DNA of 64,000 nt, from assembly GCF_030144855.1 (NCBI RefSeq), contig NC_082714.1:42966001-43030000 (forward strand). The letters are read 5' to 3'. This DNA is from Hypanus sabinus. Its lineage: Eukaryota. The notes below the pieces were generated by a model. That model was given only the letters and a program-made list of their open reading frames with translations. It was not told the DNA's origin and did no database searches. A program made the position numbers and the translations under genes. Positions 1 through 12,100 of this stretch are shown in pieces. How positions within the stretch are numbered: the first letter of the stretch is position 1; every line of letters starts with the position of its first letter.

Positions 1-947
1 TCTGTCCCTCGACCAAGGCTCTGCGTTCCTGTCTGTCCCTCGACCAAGGCTCTGCGTTCCTGTCTGTCCCTCGACCAAGGCTCTGCGTTCCTGTCTGTCC
101 CTCGACCAAGGCTCTGCGTTCCTGTCTCTCCCTCGACCAAGGCTCTGCGTTCCTGTCTCTCCCTCGACCAAGGCTCTGCGTTCCTGTCTGTCCCTCGACC
201 AAGGCTCTGCGTTCCTGTCTGTCCCTCGACCAAGGCTCTGCGTTCCTGTCTGTCCCTCGACCAAGGCTCTGCGTTCCTGTCTGTCCCTCGACCAAGGCTC
301 TGCGTTCCTGTCTGTCCCTCGACCAAGGCTCTGCGTTCCTGTCTGTCCCTCGACCAAGGCTCTGCGTTCCTGTCTGTCCCTCGACCAAGGCTCTGCGTTC
401 CTGTCTGTCCCTCGACCAAGGCTCTGCGTTCCTGTCTGTCCCTCGACCAAGGCTCTGCGTTCCTGTCTGTCCCTCGACCAAGGCTCTGCGTTCCTGTCTG
501 TCCCTCGACCAAGGCTCTGCGTTCCTGTCTGTCCCTCGACCAAGGCTCTGCGTTCCTGTCTGTCCCTCGACCAAGGCTCTGCGTTCCTGTCTGTCCCTCG
601 ACCAAGGCTCTGCGTTCCTGTCTGTCCCTCGACCAAGGCTCTGCGTTCCTGTCTGTCCCTCGACCAAGGCTCTGCGTTCCTGTCTGTCCCTCGACCAAGG
701 CTCTGCGTTCCTGTCTGTCCCTCGACCAAGGCTCTGCGTTCCTGTCTGTCCCTCGACCAAGGCTCTGCGTTCCTGTCTGTCCCTCGACCAAGGCTCTGCG
801 TTCCTGTCTGTCCCTCGACCAAGGCTCTGCGTTCCTGTCTGTCCCTCGACCAAGGCTCTGCGTTCCTGTCTGTCCCTCGACCAAGGCTCTGCGTTCCTGT
901 CTCTCCCTCGACCAAGGCTCTGCGTTCCTGTCTCTCCCTCGACCAAG
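1..947. repeat. 31-bp minisatellite (TCTGTCCCTCGACCAAGGCTCTGCGTTCCTG)n, about 30 copies, running off the window start
   Basis: Period 31 read directly; units near-identical, with a few TCTCTC variants. Confidence 0.97.
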
Positions 948-1331
948 TCAAGGCTTCAGGGTCTCATCCAGTCCTAGCCACGTCCAAGAACCTTGTCCTG
1001 TCCTAGCCTCGGCTTTGTGTTCTCATCTTGTCCGAGCCTGGTTCTGGAGTCCGAGCCCGAGTCAAGATCCAGGTTCTGGGTCCTTGTCCAGTCTCTGGCT
1101 CGGTCAGACTCCTAGGCCCAGGCTCCTAGTTCCCAGTTCCATGTCCCGGTTCTGCTATCCTCATCAATTCCTAGCCCAGGCCCGGAATCCTTGTCTCATC
1201 CAGGGCCTATGTCATGTCCAGTCTCCTTTCTTCCCCACTTTCCTTGCTTCCTTCTCACACCTAGTCCTGTTCCTGGTAGTTCAGTGTCTGTGTCTTGCAT
1301 TTGGGTCTGCTCCCAACACCCCCCCTTGACA
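1..1331 (+). mobile_element. Probable 3' part of an LTR containing the minisatellite, inserted into the Tx1 ORF2
   Basis: Ends ...TTGCATTTGGGTC...CCCCCTTGACA (LTR-like CA terminus) and abuts Tx1 ORF2 coding sequence. Confidence 0.5.
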
Positions 1332-4300
1332 CAGTGCCTGTTGGTGAGGTCTGGTGATGAGGCATTTTGCTAGATGAACTGGACAGTCTGCTCAGAGAAC
1401 CACCCCACTGTGTCCATCACGTCCTTCTCCTGCAGTGTCTGCAGGACATTACGTGCCAACCACTGCCTGACGGTCCTGTAGTCAAAGACGTTTTTCTTGA
1501 AGAACTTCTCCATGAACGACAGGTAGTGCGGCAAGGACCAGCCGACTGGGGCGTTGCATGGGAAAGGAGCCAGACCCATCCTTTGTAGCCAGTGTGACAT
1601 GTAGAATCTGGGCACATATTTGGGTTCCACACACAACCTAATGCAGCCACACACGAAGCTGGTAATCAGGATGTGGGCGACATTAGGAATGTTTTTGCCC
1701 CCAACATCCAGGGACTTGTGCACAGTGGCCCATCTGACCCACTCCATCTTGGATCCCCAGACGAATCTGAAGATGGCTCGGTGATTTCTGAGCTGGAAGA
1801 GTGGGGGACTGGCCACACCTGTGCCAAGTACAGCAGCCCTGAGAGCACTTCACACCTGATGACCAGGTTCTTGCCCGTTATCGATAGGGAGCGCCCTCCC
1901 CACAGTCCCAATTTCTGCTTTACTTTGCCACCCGCTCCAACCAAATCTTATTGCACGCTATGCTACCCCCCCTTCCCCGAACCAGATCCCCAACACCTTC
2001 ACGTGTTCAAACCTGATGGTGAAAGGGACACTGGATCGGTAGGGCCAGTTGCCAAAGAGCAAGGCTTCACTCTTCGTGCGGTTGACCCTGACCCCCCCGA
2101 TGCCTGCTCAAACTGTTCACAGATGCTGATCAGCCTGCGAACTGACCTCGGATCAGAGCAGAAGACGGTGACATCGTCCATGTACAGGGAGGTTTTGACT
2201 TGGGTCCCTCCACTACCTGGCAGCATCACCCCTCTTATGCCCCCATCCCTCCTGATGGCTTCAGCAAAGGGTTCTATGCAGCACACGAACAAGACGGGAG
2301 AGAGGGCAGCCCTGCCTGACTTCAGACCTGATGGGGAAGCTGTCTGTTTCCCACCCATTGACCCGGACTGCGCTACAGATGTCTGTGTAGAGCAGTTTGA
2401 TCCAATTCCTGATTCCCTCCCCAAATCCCATTTTGGAGAGTACATCTGCCATGTACGTGTGCGATATCCCGTCGAAGGCTTTCTCCTGGTCCAAGCTGAC
2501 CAGGCAGGCGTCCACCCCCCTGTCCTGCACGTAGGCGATGGTGTCCCTCAGCAGCGCGAGGCCGTCCGACATCTTCCTGCCCAGTACAGCACAGGTTTGG
2601 TCCAGGTGGATCACCTGTCCCAGAGAAGACTTAACCTGTTTGGCGATAGCCTTGGACAGGACCTTGTAGTCCACATTCAGGAGTGATATGGGCCTCCAAT
2701 TCCTAAAGTCCTCCCTTTCCCCCTTCTGCTTGTAGATGAGGGTGATGATGCCCTTCCTCATGGATTCTGACATGCTGCCTGCCAGGAGCATAGTGTTGTA
2801 CACTTCCAGCAGGTCGGGGCCCGTCCGGTTCCACAGAGCCGAATACAACTCGACCGGTAAGCCGTCGCTTCCGGGAGTCTTACCCGACTCAAAGGAACGG
2901 GTGGAGCCAGTCAGCTCGTCCAGGGTCAGTGGCTGCTCCAGACTCTTCCACTTGCCGTCGTCTAAGACCTGCGTGATGGACGACAGGAAGTTGCGGGAGG
3001 CTGTGGGGTCTGTGGCCTTTTCTCCGTACAGACCGGCACAGAAGGACCTGCAGATCCTCAGTATGTCTGTCTGTGAGGACGCGACTGAGCCGTCCTCTTC
3101 CTTAAGGTTGTGGATCACAGAGCTCCCCCCGTGTACCTTCTGGAGGAAGAAGCATGAGCACGTCTCGTCCTGTTCAATGGTTTGGACCCTCGATCGGAAG
3201 ATGATCTTGGAGGATTCGACAGTGAAGTGCTAAGCTTGCCAGCTCTTTACCTCCTGTAGTTCCTCCCTGACATCCACCCCCCTCAACTGCAGAAGGAGGA
3301 GTTGCTGCAACTCTGTCTGGAGTTTACGCAGTTCCCCCTGCCCCTGTCTTGCTTTCTGGATACCCTTGCGGATGAAGAACCTCTTGATGTTCTCCTTGGT
3401 GGCTTCCCACCAGTGAACTGGGGAATCAAAGAAGGATTTCAAGTTTCTCCAACCTGTGTACTCCTTCTCTAGTTCCTCGATGTTCTCCGGGGTCAGCAGT
3501 TTGACATTCAGCTTCCACATCCCCCTGCCTGCCTTTTGGTCCTCTCGTAGGTGACAGGTGACTCACAGAAAGCAGTGGTCAGAGAAGAACATCGGCGTGA
3601 TGTCGGTGGATCCGACCGTGAGGGACGCAGAGAGGAAGTCGATCGGGAAGCAGACTGAGCCGTCCAGTCATGTCCAGGTGGCTTGCGGCTGAGCTCCACC
3701 TGTGGGGGTGCCAAAGGCATCGCACAGCTTGGCTGTCTTCACCGTTTCCGTCAGGAGTCTGGAGGTACCGTCCAGCCTGCCGTCAGACCGTCCAGCCGGT
3801 GAATGGTGCAGTTGAAGTTTCCGGCCAGAACGACCGGCCGGGACGTCACCAGCAGCGGTGGGAGCTGCTCGAGGACGGCCAGCCGCTCGCTCCGCACAGG
3901 GGAGGCGTACATGTTGATCAGCCGGAGCGGAGTGCCCTGGTATTTGACGTCAGCTACCAGGAGGCACCCGGCAACCACCTCTTTGACTTTGGTGATTGAG
4001 AAGTTGCCTCCCCGCAGCAGAATCCCCAGGCCAGGAGCGTGACAGTCGTTGCCCCCCGACCACACCGACAAACCCTGGGTCCACCAACACGACCACCTCC
4101 GGTAGTTGCGGAGTTGTGGCAGTCCGCACTCCTGGAGGAAGGTCACGTCGGCCTTTACAGCGTCCAAGTACTGGAGCATGCTGACGCATCGCCCAGTGCT
4201 CTTCAAACTGCGCACAGTCAAGCATGCCAGTTCAAGGTCCACCATCATTTAAAGTTCTTTATTTCGGCTGCTCGCCATCCTTACCTTTGCAGTCCTGAGC

Positions 4301-5641
4301 CTTCATGCCCACCACCCTTGTGACGACTTTAACCTTCTGTGGGCTCAGGTACTGTGGGTAATCCTCCCCCAGATGTGGCAGTTCTGGTTCTGAGCCTGGG
4401 AGCTTGTTGTCTCCTGGGGCTGCTTCCCCTTCTGGCTGCGGGACGCCAGACAAGGCTCTGCTCCTGGATTCCCGGAGCTGGGGGTCTCTGCTGCTCTTCG
4501 CCTCCTGTGCTTGTACTTGGGGGGGATGGCCAGCAGACTTTCTCTGTTACCGGAGGCTGTGTGGTCCCCTGCCCTTTTCTTTGGGTTCTCCTGTTGCCCC
4601 CCCCCCTCTGTCGTTTGGCCAGAGCCTTTGGGGGCTTTTTGCATTTGCCCACGACGCTCCAGCCTTCTTACCCCTCCTCCTTGTCCTGTGGTGGGTTCTG
4701 GAGGGTCTGCGAGGGTGTGGGGGCTCTTGGGGTGGATGCGCCTTCTTCCCTGGTGGTGTCTTCCATTGTGTCAGGTGCCGCCTCTGCAGGGGTGGCGGGT
4801 ACATCCGAACCTGCCGGAGCTCTTTCAGTGCCAGCACCTCCCCTGGTCGCCTGTGCGTAGGTGCCAACACGTCCCGGACAGGCCCTGTACAGGTGGCCAG
4901 CCTGTCTGGAGAGATTGAAGGACTTGGCCTGCGTACAGTCCTTAGTAAGGTGACCCTCTGTTTTACAACCCTGCACTGGGTTGCGATATGCCCCGTTGCA
5001 GCACACCCTGGGTTCCTCAGTTCCCTCCGATGGCGAAGACCGAGGGGGGTGGATGACGCAGCTGTGAGAGTTCACCCTCCGCTTCACCTTGACCTGCCAC
5101 TTGCTGGTCCAGATCCTCAGACTGTCCATCACATCCAGACTACTTCCTACGCTCTCCACATATTGAGCGAGGGGTGTAAGGACGTCCACCACTAGCACGT
5201 ATGGATTAAACACCTGAATCCGTTCCCGCTGGGTGGTGGCGGCAAAGAGGGACTGTGCTCTCAGCAGTGACAGCGGCGCTTTGCTCCTCTTCTCCCGAAA
5301 ATGCCGGTACAACTCCTGCCACCCTGCGGCATGCCGGAAGGTGACATCCAAGAAGCCGGTGAAGTCCTGCACTCAGTCTATGTCCTCGGCCGAAAATCTG
5401 CAGCAGTCTATTAAGACCTCCTCTCTGGTGAAGCCAGTGCCCTTGTTGTGGTCCCACACTGTCAGCCTGACAGTGTTTCCGATTCCCAGACCTCGAACCG
5501 ATGTGCTGATCTCTGCTGCCATCCTCTTCACCGCTGTCTTCGCTGGACGGGGGTGTTAGACTGGGAACCGCTCAGCATTAGGATCGACCCCTGCATCAGC
5601 ACGAAATCTTCCCCTCCACCTTCCGATCGCCGTGAGTTCCC
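1332..5641 (-). mobile_element. Tx1-clade LINE (Keno-like), degenerate; ORF1 zinc-knuckle plus ORF2 APE-RT
   Basis: ORF1 fragments 5372-4329; endonuclease 4248-3751 (FLQEC, LAGNFN); RT 3118-1999 (KTPGSDGLP, NWRPISLLNVDYK, SLDQEKAFD, RQGCPLS, YMDD); C-terminal part 1816-1370. Confidence 0.92.
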
Positions 5642-5678
5642 GAACAGATACTACACTTTTGATCTTGGCTAAAAGGTC
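5642..5678 (-). ncRNA. U2 snRNA 5' fragment fused to the Tx1 5' end (not a gene)
   Basis: Reverse complement GACCTTTTAGCCAAGATCAAAAGTGTAGTATCTGTTC versus U2 GGCCTTTTGGCTAAGATCAAGTGTAGTATCTGTTC, including the branch-pairing GTAGTA. Confidence 0.85.
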
Positions 5679-5679
5679 A

Positions 5680-5728
5680 ATTATCCCCCAACAACCTACT
5701 TACCTGATAATTTTCCACAGCAGCCAAA
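5680..5728 (-). pseudogene. RPS2: Remnant of RPS2 non-coding exon 1 and donor site (duplicate copy A)
   Basis: Aligns with 32440-32491; reverse complement ...CTGTGGAAAATTATCAG|GTAAGT. Confidence 0.6.
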
Positions 5729-6770
5729 CTTCTTCTTGTGCTGTTTTATGGCGGTTGGCAAACCAGCTTTAAGGTGCATTACCGCCACCTACTAGACTGG
5801 AGTGTGGACCATTTGCTAAGCAGGAGGAATGAAAAGGATTGCATTCCCTAAATTCTAAATAATAAACCAGTGTCTTTCAGATACTTCATGATATAGGTAT
5901 GTATTTCTCTTGAAATCCCACTTAAAATGTCTTCTATACCCACAGCAGTTTTTTTTTTGTTCATCTTAAGCACTCCTATCATCTTCACTCTTTCTCTTTA
6001 GTACCTCTTACATTTTATCAATACATGTTCAACTGCTTCTGGTTGATTACAGTATTCACACAACCCAGTTGGATGTTACCCTATTTTGTGTAACCAATTC
6101 TTAAACTACTGATGATCGCTTCTATCTTTCTATGCCCGCCTGATACTCTTTGGTATCTGACTTGCCTTTGTATTTCGTACAGTTGTCTCCCTGTTTCACT
6201 CTCATCCTAGCGCTTCTGCCATGTCCCCTCAATGTGTCTTTTTATAATGATTTTGACCTCTGCTTTGATTAGAGGTTATCTGGACCTCTGTTATAGATGA
6301 TTTGAGTGATTGTTTAGCTATGATATCCACTTTTTAATTACCCTCCACATCACAATGAGCAGGAACCCAAAGGAAGGTTACTTCTACCCCATTTTCGGTC
6401 AGTGTATACAACTTGCATAGAATCTCCAGTAAAGTATCCTGTCTACTTTCTGATTTTCTTGATTTGATAGAGGTTGATGCAGACAAACTGTCTGAACAGA
6501 TCACAGCCTTTTTGACGTTATTTTCTTCTATCCAAGATAATGCACTCAATATTGACATTAATTCTGTTGCATACACTGATAAAATGGTTTGATGTTATTT
6601 TCCTGATACTAGTTTTGCAATGAGGAACGTAGACTGCAATACCGGTGTGGCCAGAACTAGGGCCTTTTGATCCATCCGTAAATATTACAAGTTCGTTTCT
6701 AAAATACAGGTCTATATATTCAGCTACCAGTTCAATTCCACAATCAAACCCAACAGCCTATGGAAATTTA
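5729..6770 (-). mobile_element. Nimb/I-clade LINE 3' fragment: RNase H, C-terminal zinc finger, 3'UTR, GAA tail
   Basis: ORF 6334-6576 (ICSDSLS...FLWVPAHCDVEGN); 3'UTR GGTGGCGGTAATGCACC; (GAA)n tail at 5729-5737. Confidence 0.8.
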
Positions 6771-6983
6771 CGCGACCTCGCGAGATTAACAAACCGAGAT
6801 TAACTGGCCCAGATGGTACTTGAAGGCCCGGACCGAGCATGGAGCAATTGATCGGCCTTAAACAAGCTGGCATTTGTGGGTTATTCAGTGTCAGGGGCGG
6901 GGGAAGAGACGCCATTGAGGCGGTATAAATCGGTAGCGCGGCGGTACTGCGGCCTTTTGTGTCCCAGAGTGAGGAAGGTGAGG
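6771..6983 (+). promoter_or_regulatory. Promoter copy A of the SNHG9-like snoRNA host
   Basis: CCTCGCGAGA 6776-6785, GGGGCGGGG, TATAAAT 6924-6930, pyrimidine start CCTTTT about 6953, donor AAG|GTGAG at 6978; paralogous to 40.66 and 60.03 kb. Confidence 0.75.
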
Positions 6984-7502
6984 TGATTGTGAATGTCTGA
7001 TAGTGCACAGTATAAAGCTACACATTGTAGTGGTTATTTAGCAATGCACTCTGTTATCGAAAACGCTTGTTTGCAGTATCAGGTGCTGCGCAAAAAAACA
7101 TTAAACAACAAAATAGATCATGCAGAATGATAATCATCGGCGGTTCAAAATTTGATCGTGGGGGAGATTTTTTTTAACTAAATCGTTTTTTAAGGCCACA
7201 ATTTGCACCTGTTGAGCTTTAATTAAAGAAATCTATTCTGTTTGTTATCTATCATCTATGTCGTGAAAGGTTCATTTTATGGCAATAGCGTAGTTTAAAG
7301 GTACAGAGTATTGTTATCAATAGTGCAACACAAAACAAAGTAGTGACCATGAACTTTGGAAATCATAGTGTGGGGGGGGGGGATTGTTTCTAATTGTTGA
7401 GTGTGGGCCTCTCCCCAATGAGAGAGAAGAGGGCACATCCCTGATGATGAGGGTCAATGCTGCTGTCATTGTTTATAGTCGGGTGGCTTGCCAGTTTTGA
7501 GT

Positions 7503-7637
7503 GTGGCATACTCTGAAAGTTAACAACAGCATTATCTATTGTTGTTGGTAAGATAAGTGTGCCAAAATTAACTGGTATGCTAAGCTTATTGCCCACTGTT
7601 CTTATTTGTGGCTGATAAAACCCGCATACCAATAAAT
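7503..7637 (+). ncRNA. SNORA78: H/ACA snoRNA, SNORA78(ACA64)-like, copy A
   Basis: Two hairpins (GGCATACT...AGTGTGCC; GGTATGC...GCATACC), H box AAATTA, terminal ATA plus 3 nt; pockets TGAAA/AGAT and AGCT/AAACCC resemble human SNORA78 as recalled; synteny with RPS2. Confidence 0.7.
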
Positions 7638-7826
7638 GGACATCAAGGAACGGATGTTGAAAAATCAAAATGTTAAAACCTAAGTGATGTCTTGATAGGG
7701 AAATGGCTTTAAAGTATCAGATTGACGATTTCTATTAGAACTGACAAAAAATGTTTTGCATAATTGTAGGCACAGAAGCAGTCCTTTTGATTTATTGCTG
7801 ATCAAATATTTTTCATTCCATCTGAA

Positions 7827-7948
7827 TTGCTGAACACTGTCCTGGTTGTGGGCCTAATTTTCTCTTGGACATCCAGCCCTGTTCATGCCCCACAGTACTG
7901 TTCTTTTGGGTACAGCTGCTTGGTTCCTGGCGTTGACAGCTGACAACT
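7827..7948 (+). ncRNA. Candidate second H/ACA snoRNA, copy A
   Basis: Hairpin TGAACA/TGTTCA plus CTGGTTGT/ACATCCAG, H box ACAGTA 7892-7897, hairpin CTGTT/GACAG, ACA 7943-7945; near-identical in copy B. Confidence 0.5.
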
Positions 7949-8419
7949 GGCTTTAAGTCATACAATCTTAGTCTGGACTGGAGTGTGGGTCAGGATATCT
8001 GAATCTTATATGTATGTTTGTTTGAATCAAATTCTATATTTTAAAAAACCTGTATTCTTTAAAAACTGTACTATATATTTAAAGCAATAATCTTGAGATC
8101 CTTTCTGCAAAATACTGTTAGTGTTCTATTCCATAATAACTTTAAAATCAAGCATCCTCTTGATTATATTGGAAACTATCAGTACATACTCAACTATTGA
8201 TTACAGTACCTGCACTTGTCATTGATGTTTATTAGAAACAACATACTAATTAACCCAACACAAAATACTGGAGGAACTCAGCAGGTCAGGCAGCATCCAT
8301 CGAAATGAACAGATAATCGACATTTGACTATTCATTTCCATAGATGCTGCCTGACCGGAGTTCCTCCAGTATTTTGTGTGTTGCTTTGGATTCCCAGCAA
8401 ATGCAGACTTTCTTGTGTT

Positions 8420-8770
8420 TCTTTATGCACCCAAACCTCAAACTCAATATTAATCCCCTCCCATATTTCTCAACCATCACACTTCTTTCTGGATATTATA
8501 AATATGTCTTCCTGTTCTCTCTTAATTCCTTTGTTTTATCAACACTTTTTTTATTCAACTTTTAATGATTTTCAATTCTCCTTTGCTAATTTATCTGCTT
8601 GTTTCGTTTTCTCCATGCCCCGTAGGTTTACCCAGTATGTTAATGCAAGCTGTGTTCTCTGTTCCAGAGGTGTGACTCTTCACTCCACCTGCATTACTGC
8701 CACTAGTGTTGACCTTGTTGCACTGTCCCACACCAGGTTAGATTATCTGTTCAAAGTGCAATTGTTAATT
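8420..8770 (-). mobile_element. Old Nimb/I-type LINE ORF2 fragment (also at about 44390-44730)
   Basis: Minus-strand translation ...TLVAVMQVE*RVTPLEQRTQLALTYWVNLRGH. Confidence 0.55.
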
Positions 8771-9344
8771 CCACACTTGAAAAAAGTTCACCGTTTTGCA
8801 GCTTGTGCTTTGTTCTTGCTGCCCTTATTCATAGCTTCTGTGCTCTTTCCAACTGCACCCATGAATTTGACTGGGTGATCTCTTGGAATTTCAAAGACCT
8901 GAGCCTTGCACTATTATAAACAAGGGTCCTTTGCCCTTCCACCCTCTAACTTAATTTTCTCTTCCCAGAGTCATGTTACCTTTGTTCTGATTTTCCTTGA
9001 GCTGTTGAGCACTTCTATTACACTTCTTGTTCAGTAGTTTAAATTGGTTTATTGTCACGTTTGCTGTTGGATGCTATCTGTACAGGTAAATCCATGGCAT
9101 AATTACATTAAATTAGTACAAGGGAAAACCAATAATGGTGCTGATTAGTGTTGTGATTACAAAGTGCAGTGCAGGTAAATAAGGTGCAAGGTTATAAGGT
9201 CATTTGAACTCATGATTCCAATGTACGCAAGGTCTGATTTATTGTTAAATTGTAATTTGAAGAGAAGTACTTATTTTTTTTATTCTTGTTACAGGTCTGA
9301 AGTTTAGTGGATTGACGTGTGCTCATTGTTTTCACAGGAGCATC

Positions 9345-9790
9345 ACCACACTCTGGCTAATTTGTTAGGTACATCTTCTAACGGTCAAGAGGTCCAGTTC
9401 TGACCAAACGGCAGCATGGAGAAGAAATGTGATCTAAGTGACTTTGAACGTGGAATGATTATTGGTGCCAGGCTGAGCGGTCTGAGCATCTCAAAAACTG
9501 CTGATCTCCTGGGCTTTTCACGCACAACAGTCTCTAAAGTTTATAAAGAATGGTGTGAAAAACAGAAAACCTCCTTTGAGCGGCAGTTCTGTGGGTGAAA
9601 ATGCCTTGTTCATGAGGTCTGGAGATTGGCCAGACTAGTTCAAGCAGATGGAAAGGCAACAGTAACTCAAATAGCTGTTACCACAGTGATGTGCAGAAGG
9701 GCATTTCTGAACATGCAACTCATTGAATCTTGAAGTGGATGGGTTACAGCAGCAGAAGACTGCACTGGGTTCCACACCTGAGTGGATATT
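9345..9790 (+). mobile_element. Degenerate Tc1-like transposon (also 45320-45348 plus 46029-46450)
   Basis: ORF 9416-9598 MEKKCDLSDFERGMIIGARLSGLSISKTADLLGFSRTTVS, a Tc1 HTH. Confidence 0.8.
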
Positions 9791-10614
9791 GAAACAATAT
9801 ATTTACCATTCCTGAAATGTATAATGCTCTTAAAACTAAATTAGAGACTTGTACTGAGATTAGATGAAATATGTTAGCTGTTAGAAGTAAAATAAAACAA
9901 TAGTGGAAATGTTGAATAGCTTGATGTTTTAGCCATTATTCTTTCAATTGAGCTGTATCTTTTGACCACATTGGAAAACAATCTTGAATTAATATGTTAA
10001 TTGCTGCTGATTTTCTGAGTAATGTGGGAAGGAATGATTACTTTGTCTTGATGATCCATTTTTCCCTCTGTTCTGAAAAACTCTTTTAATACATCAAGAA
10101 CTGTTCATAGTCTGGAATGGTGTTTGTAGATATGTCAGGTGTTTAAGATCTAAATTGAGTGTTGCTTGACCAGTGTTTCTGATCATTTTCTGCTTAATTT
10201 CAAATATTAGGCACTTGAAGGTTTTTTTTGCTTTGTACTAATGCAATGGAATACTTGACAATCGCAATGATTTTGCTATAGCTTGGGAATAAAATAAAAC
10301 CTTGGTTCTTGACAGTTGAAAGCCAGGTGCCCAAATCTGTTATTAGATCACGTAGAGCTGGGGTGATGGAATAAATGGACATCAACCTCTGAAGTGCCTG
10401 TTGGATCCCTTTCCAAGCATTCTAAGCTTGCCAAGCCACACTTTATATCAGCAATATCTTAAGTATCGATTCTCAAGCAAAAATGTAGGGATAGGGATGT
10501 CAGAAGTACTGCTAGAACACTATAAGAGTTTTTTTTAGAGCTAATAGTACATGAAACCTGGTTTAAACATGTAGTTGGCATCTACATGCTGTTCAGAAGT
10601 AATTCAATCACAGT

Positions 10615-12100
10615 AGACAAGAAAATCTGTAGATGCTGAAAATCCAAGCAACAGACACAAATCTGGGGCAACTCAGCAAGTCAGGTAGCATCTATGGAAG
10701 AGTACTGTTGACATTTTGGGCTGAGACCCTTTAGTAGGACTGGAGGACAAAGCTGAGGAGGAGTTAAAGGGTTGGGGGTGGTGAAGTAAAAAGCTGGGAA
10801 GTTGATTGGTGACCATGCCTGCCTGTTCATTGGCAGCAGGGCTGTCCCACAATTTTCCTTTGCTACATCGATGACTGCATTGGTGCTACTTTCAACGTCT
10901 ATGTGGAACTCATTGACTTCATCCACTTAGCCTCCAATTTCCATCCTGTTCTCAAATTTACCTGGTCCATTTCTAACACCTCTCCCCCTTTCTCAATCTG
11001 ACTATCTGGAGACAGCTTATCTATTGACATCTATTGTAAACCCATGGACTCACAGCTACCTGGACTGTACCGCTGCCCACCTTTCAGTTGTTTAAAAACA
11101 CTATCCGCTTCTCTCAATTCCTCTTCCCCCACAACTGCTCTCAGGATGAGGCTTTTCATTCCAAAATGAGATGTCCTTCAAAGAAAGGGTCTTCCTTCCT
11201 CCACTATCAACACTGCTCTCAACCATGTCTCTCCCATTTCACGCACATCTGCTCTCTCCCCATCCTCCCACCGCCCCACAAGGGATAGGGTTCTTGACCT
11301 CCCCTACCATCCCAGCATCTTCCACATTCAGCAGATAAATGTCCACAACTGCCATCTCCAATGGGATTCCACCATCTTTCCCTCTCCCACCCCTACACTT
11401 TCTGATTTCCACAACTCCCTGGTCCATTCGTACCTCTGCATTGATCTCTGCTCCCAGCAAGAACAAGAGCTACACCACCTCCCTCACTACTATTCAGTAC
11501 TCCAAATGGGTGCTGGTAAGCTGACCTGTGAGTGTTGGGGTTATGTACTGTGGCTGGTACATCAGTGAGAGGCAATGCAGATTGGGAGACTACTTTGCCA
11601 AGCACCAATGCTCCATCCACCAGAAAAAGTGGGATCTCCAAGTGCCCACCCATTTTACTTCCACTTCCCATTTCGATATGTCCATCCATTGTAGTAATAA
11701 GGACACACTCCAGTAGTAGGAGCAACTCCTTGTATTCTGTCTGGGTAGCTTCCAACCTGATGGCATGAGCATTGATTTCAGCTTCTGGTAATGCCCTGCC
11801 CTTACCACTGCCCATCCCCTTTTTCCTTTATCTTCTTGCCTGCCCAATTGCTTCCCTCTGGTGCTCCTCCCCTTTTCTTTCTTTAATGGCCTCCTGTCCT
11901 TTGATTCCCCCTTCTCCAACCCTGTATCTCTTTCATCAATCAACTTCCCAGCTGTTTACTTCACCCCTCCCCCTCCCAGTTTCCCCTATCACCTTGTTTC
12001 TCACTTTTTAACTTTTCATTTTTTCTCCAATTCTGAAGGGTCTTGGTCTGAAATGTGAATTGTACTCTCTCCCACAAATGTTGCCTGGCCTGCTGAGTCT
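10615..12100 (+). mobile_element. Penelope-like retroelement fragments with GIY-YIG remnants (paralog about 47290-48850)
   Basis: FHPALKFTWSIS, IPFSQFL and YISERQCRLGDYFAKH motifs; flanking ...GGAACTCAGCA... repeats. Confidence 0.7.

Noticed and set aside
1-947. CRISPR-like array of about 31-bp repeats
   Set aside because: Head-to-tail repeats with no spacers, no cas genes, vertebrate context
1673-5559. Long plus-strand ORFs (337 aa, 263 aa and others)
   Set aside because: Antisense shadows of the GC-rich Tx1 ORFs
5642-5678. U2 snRNA gene
   Set aside because: Only about 37 nt, mutated, with no Sm site or 3' half
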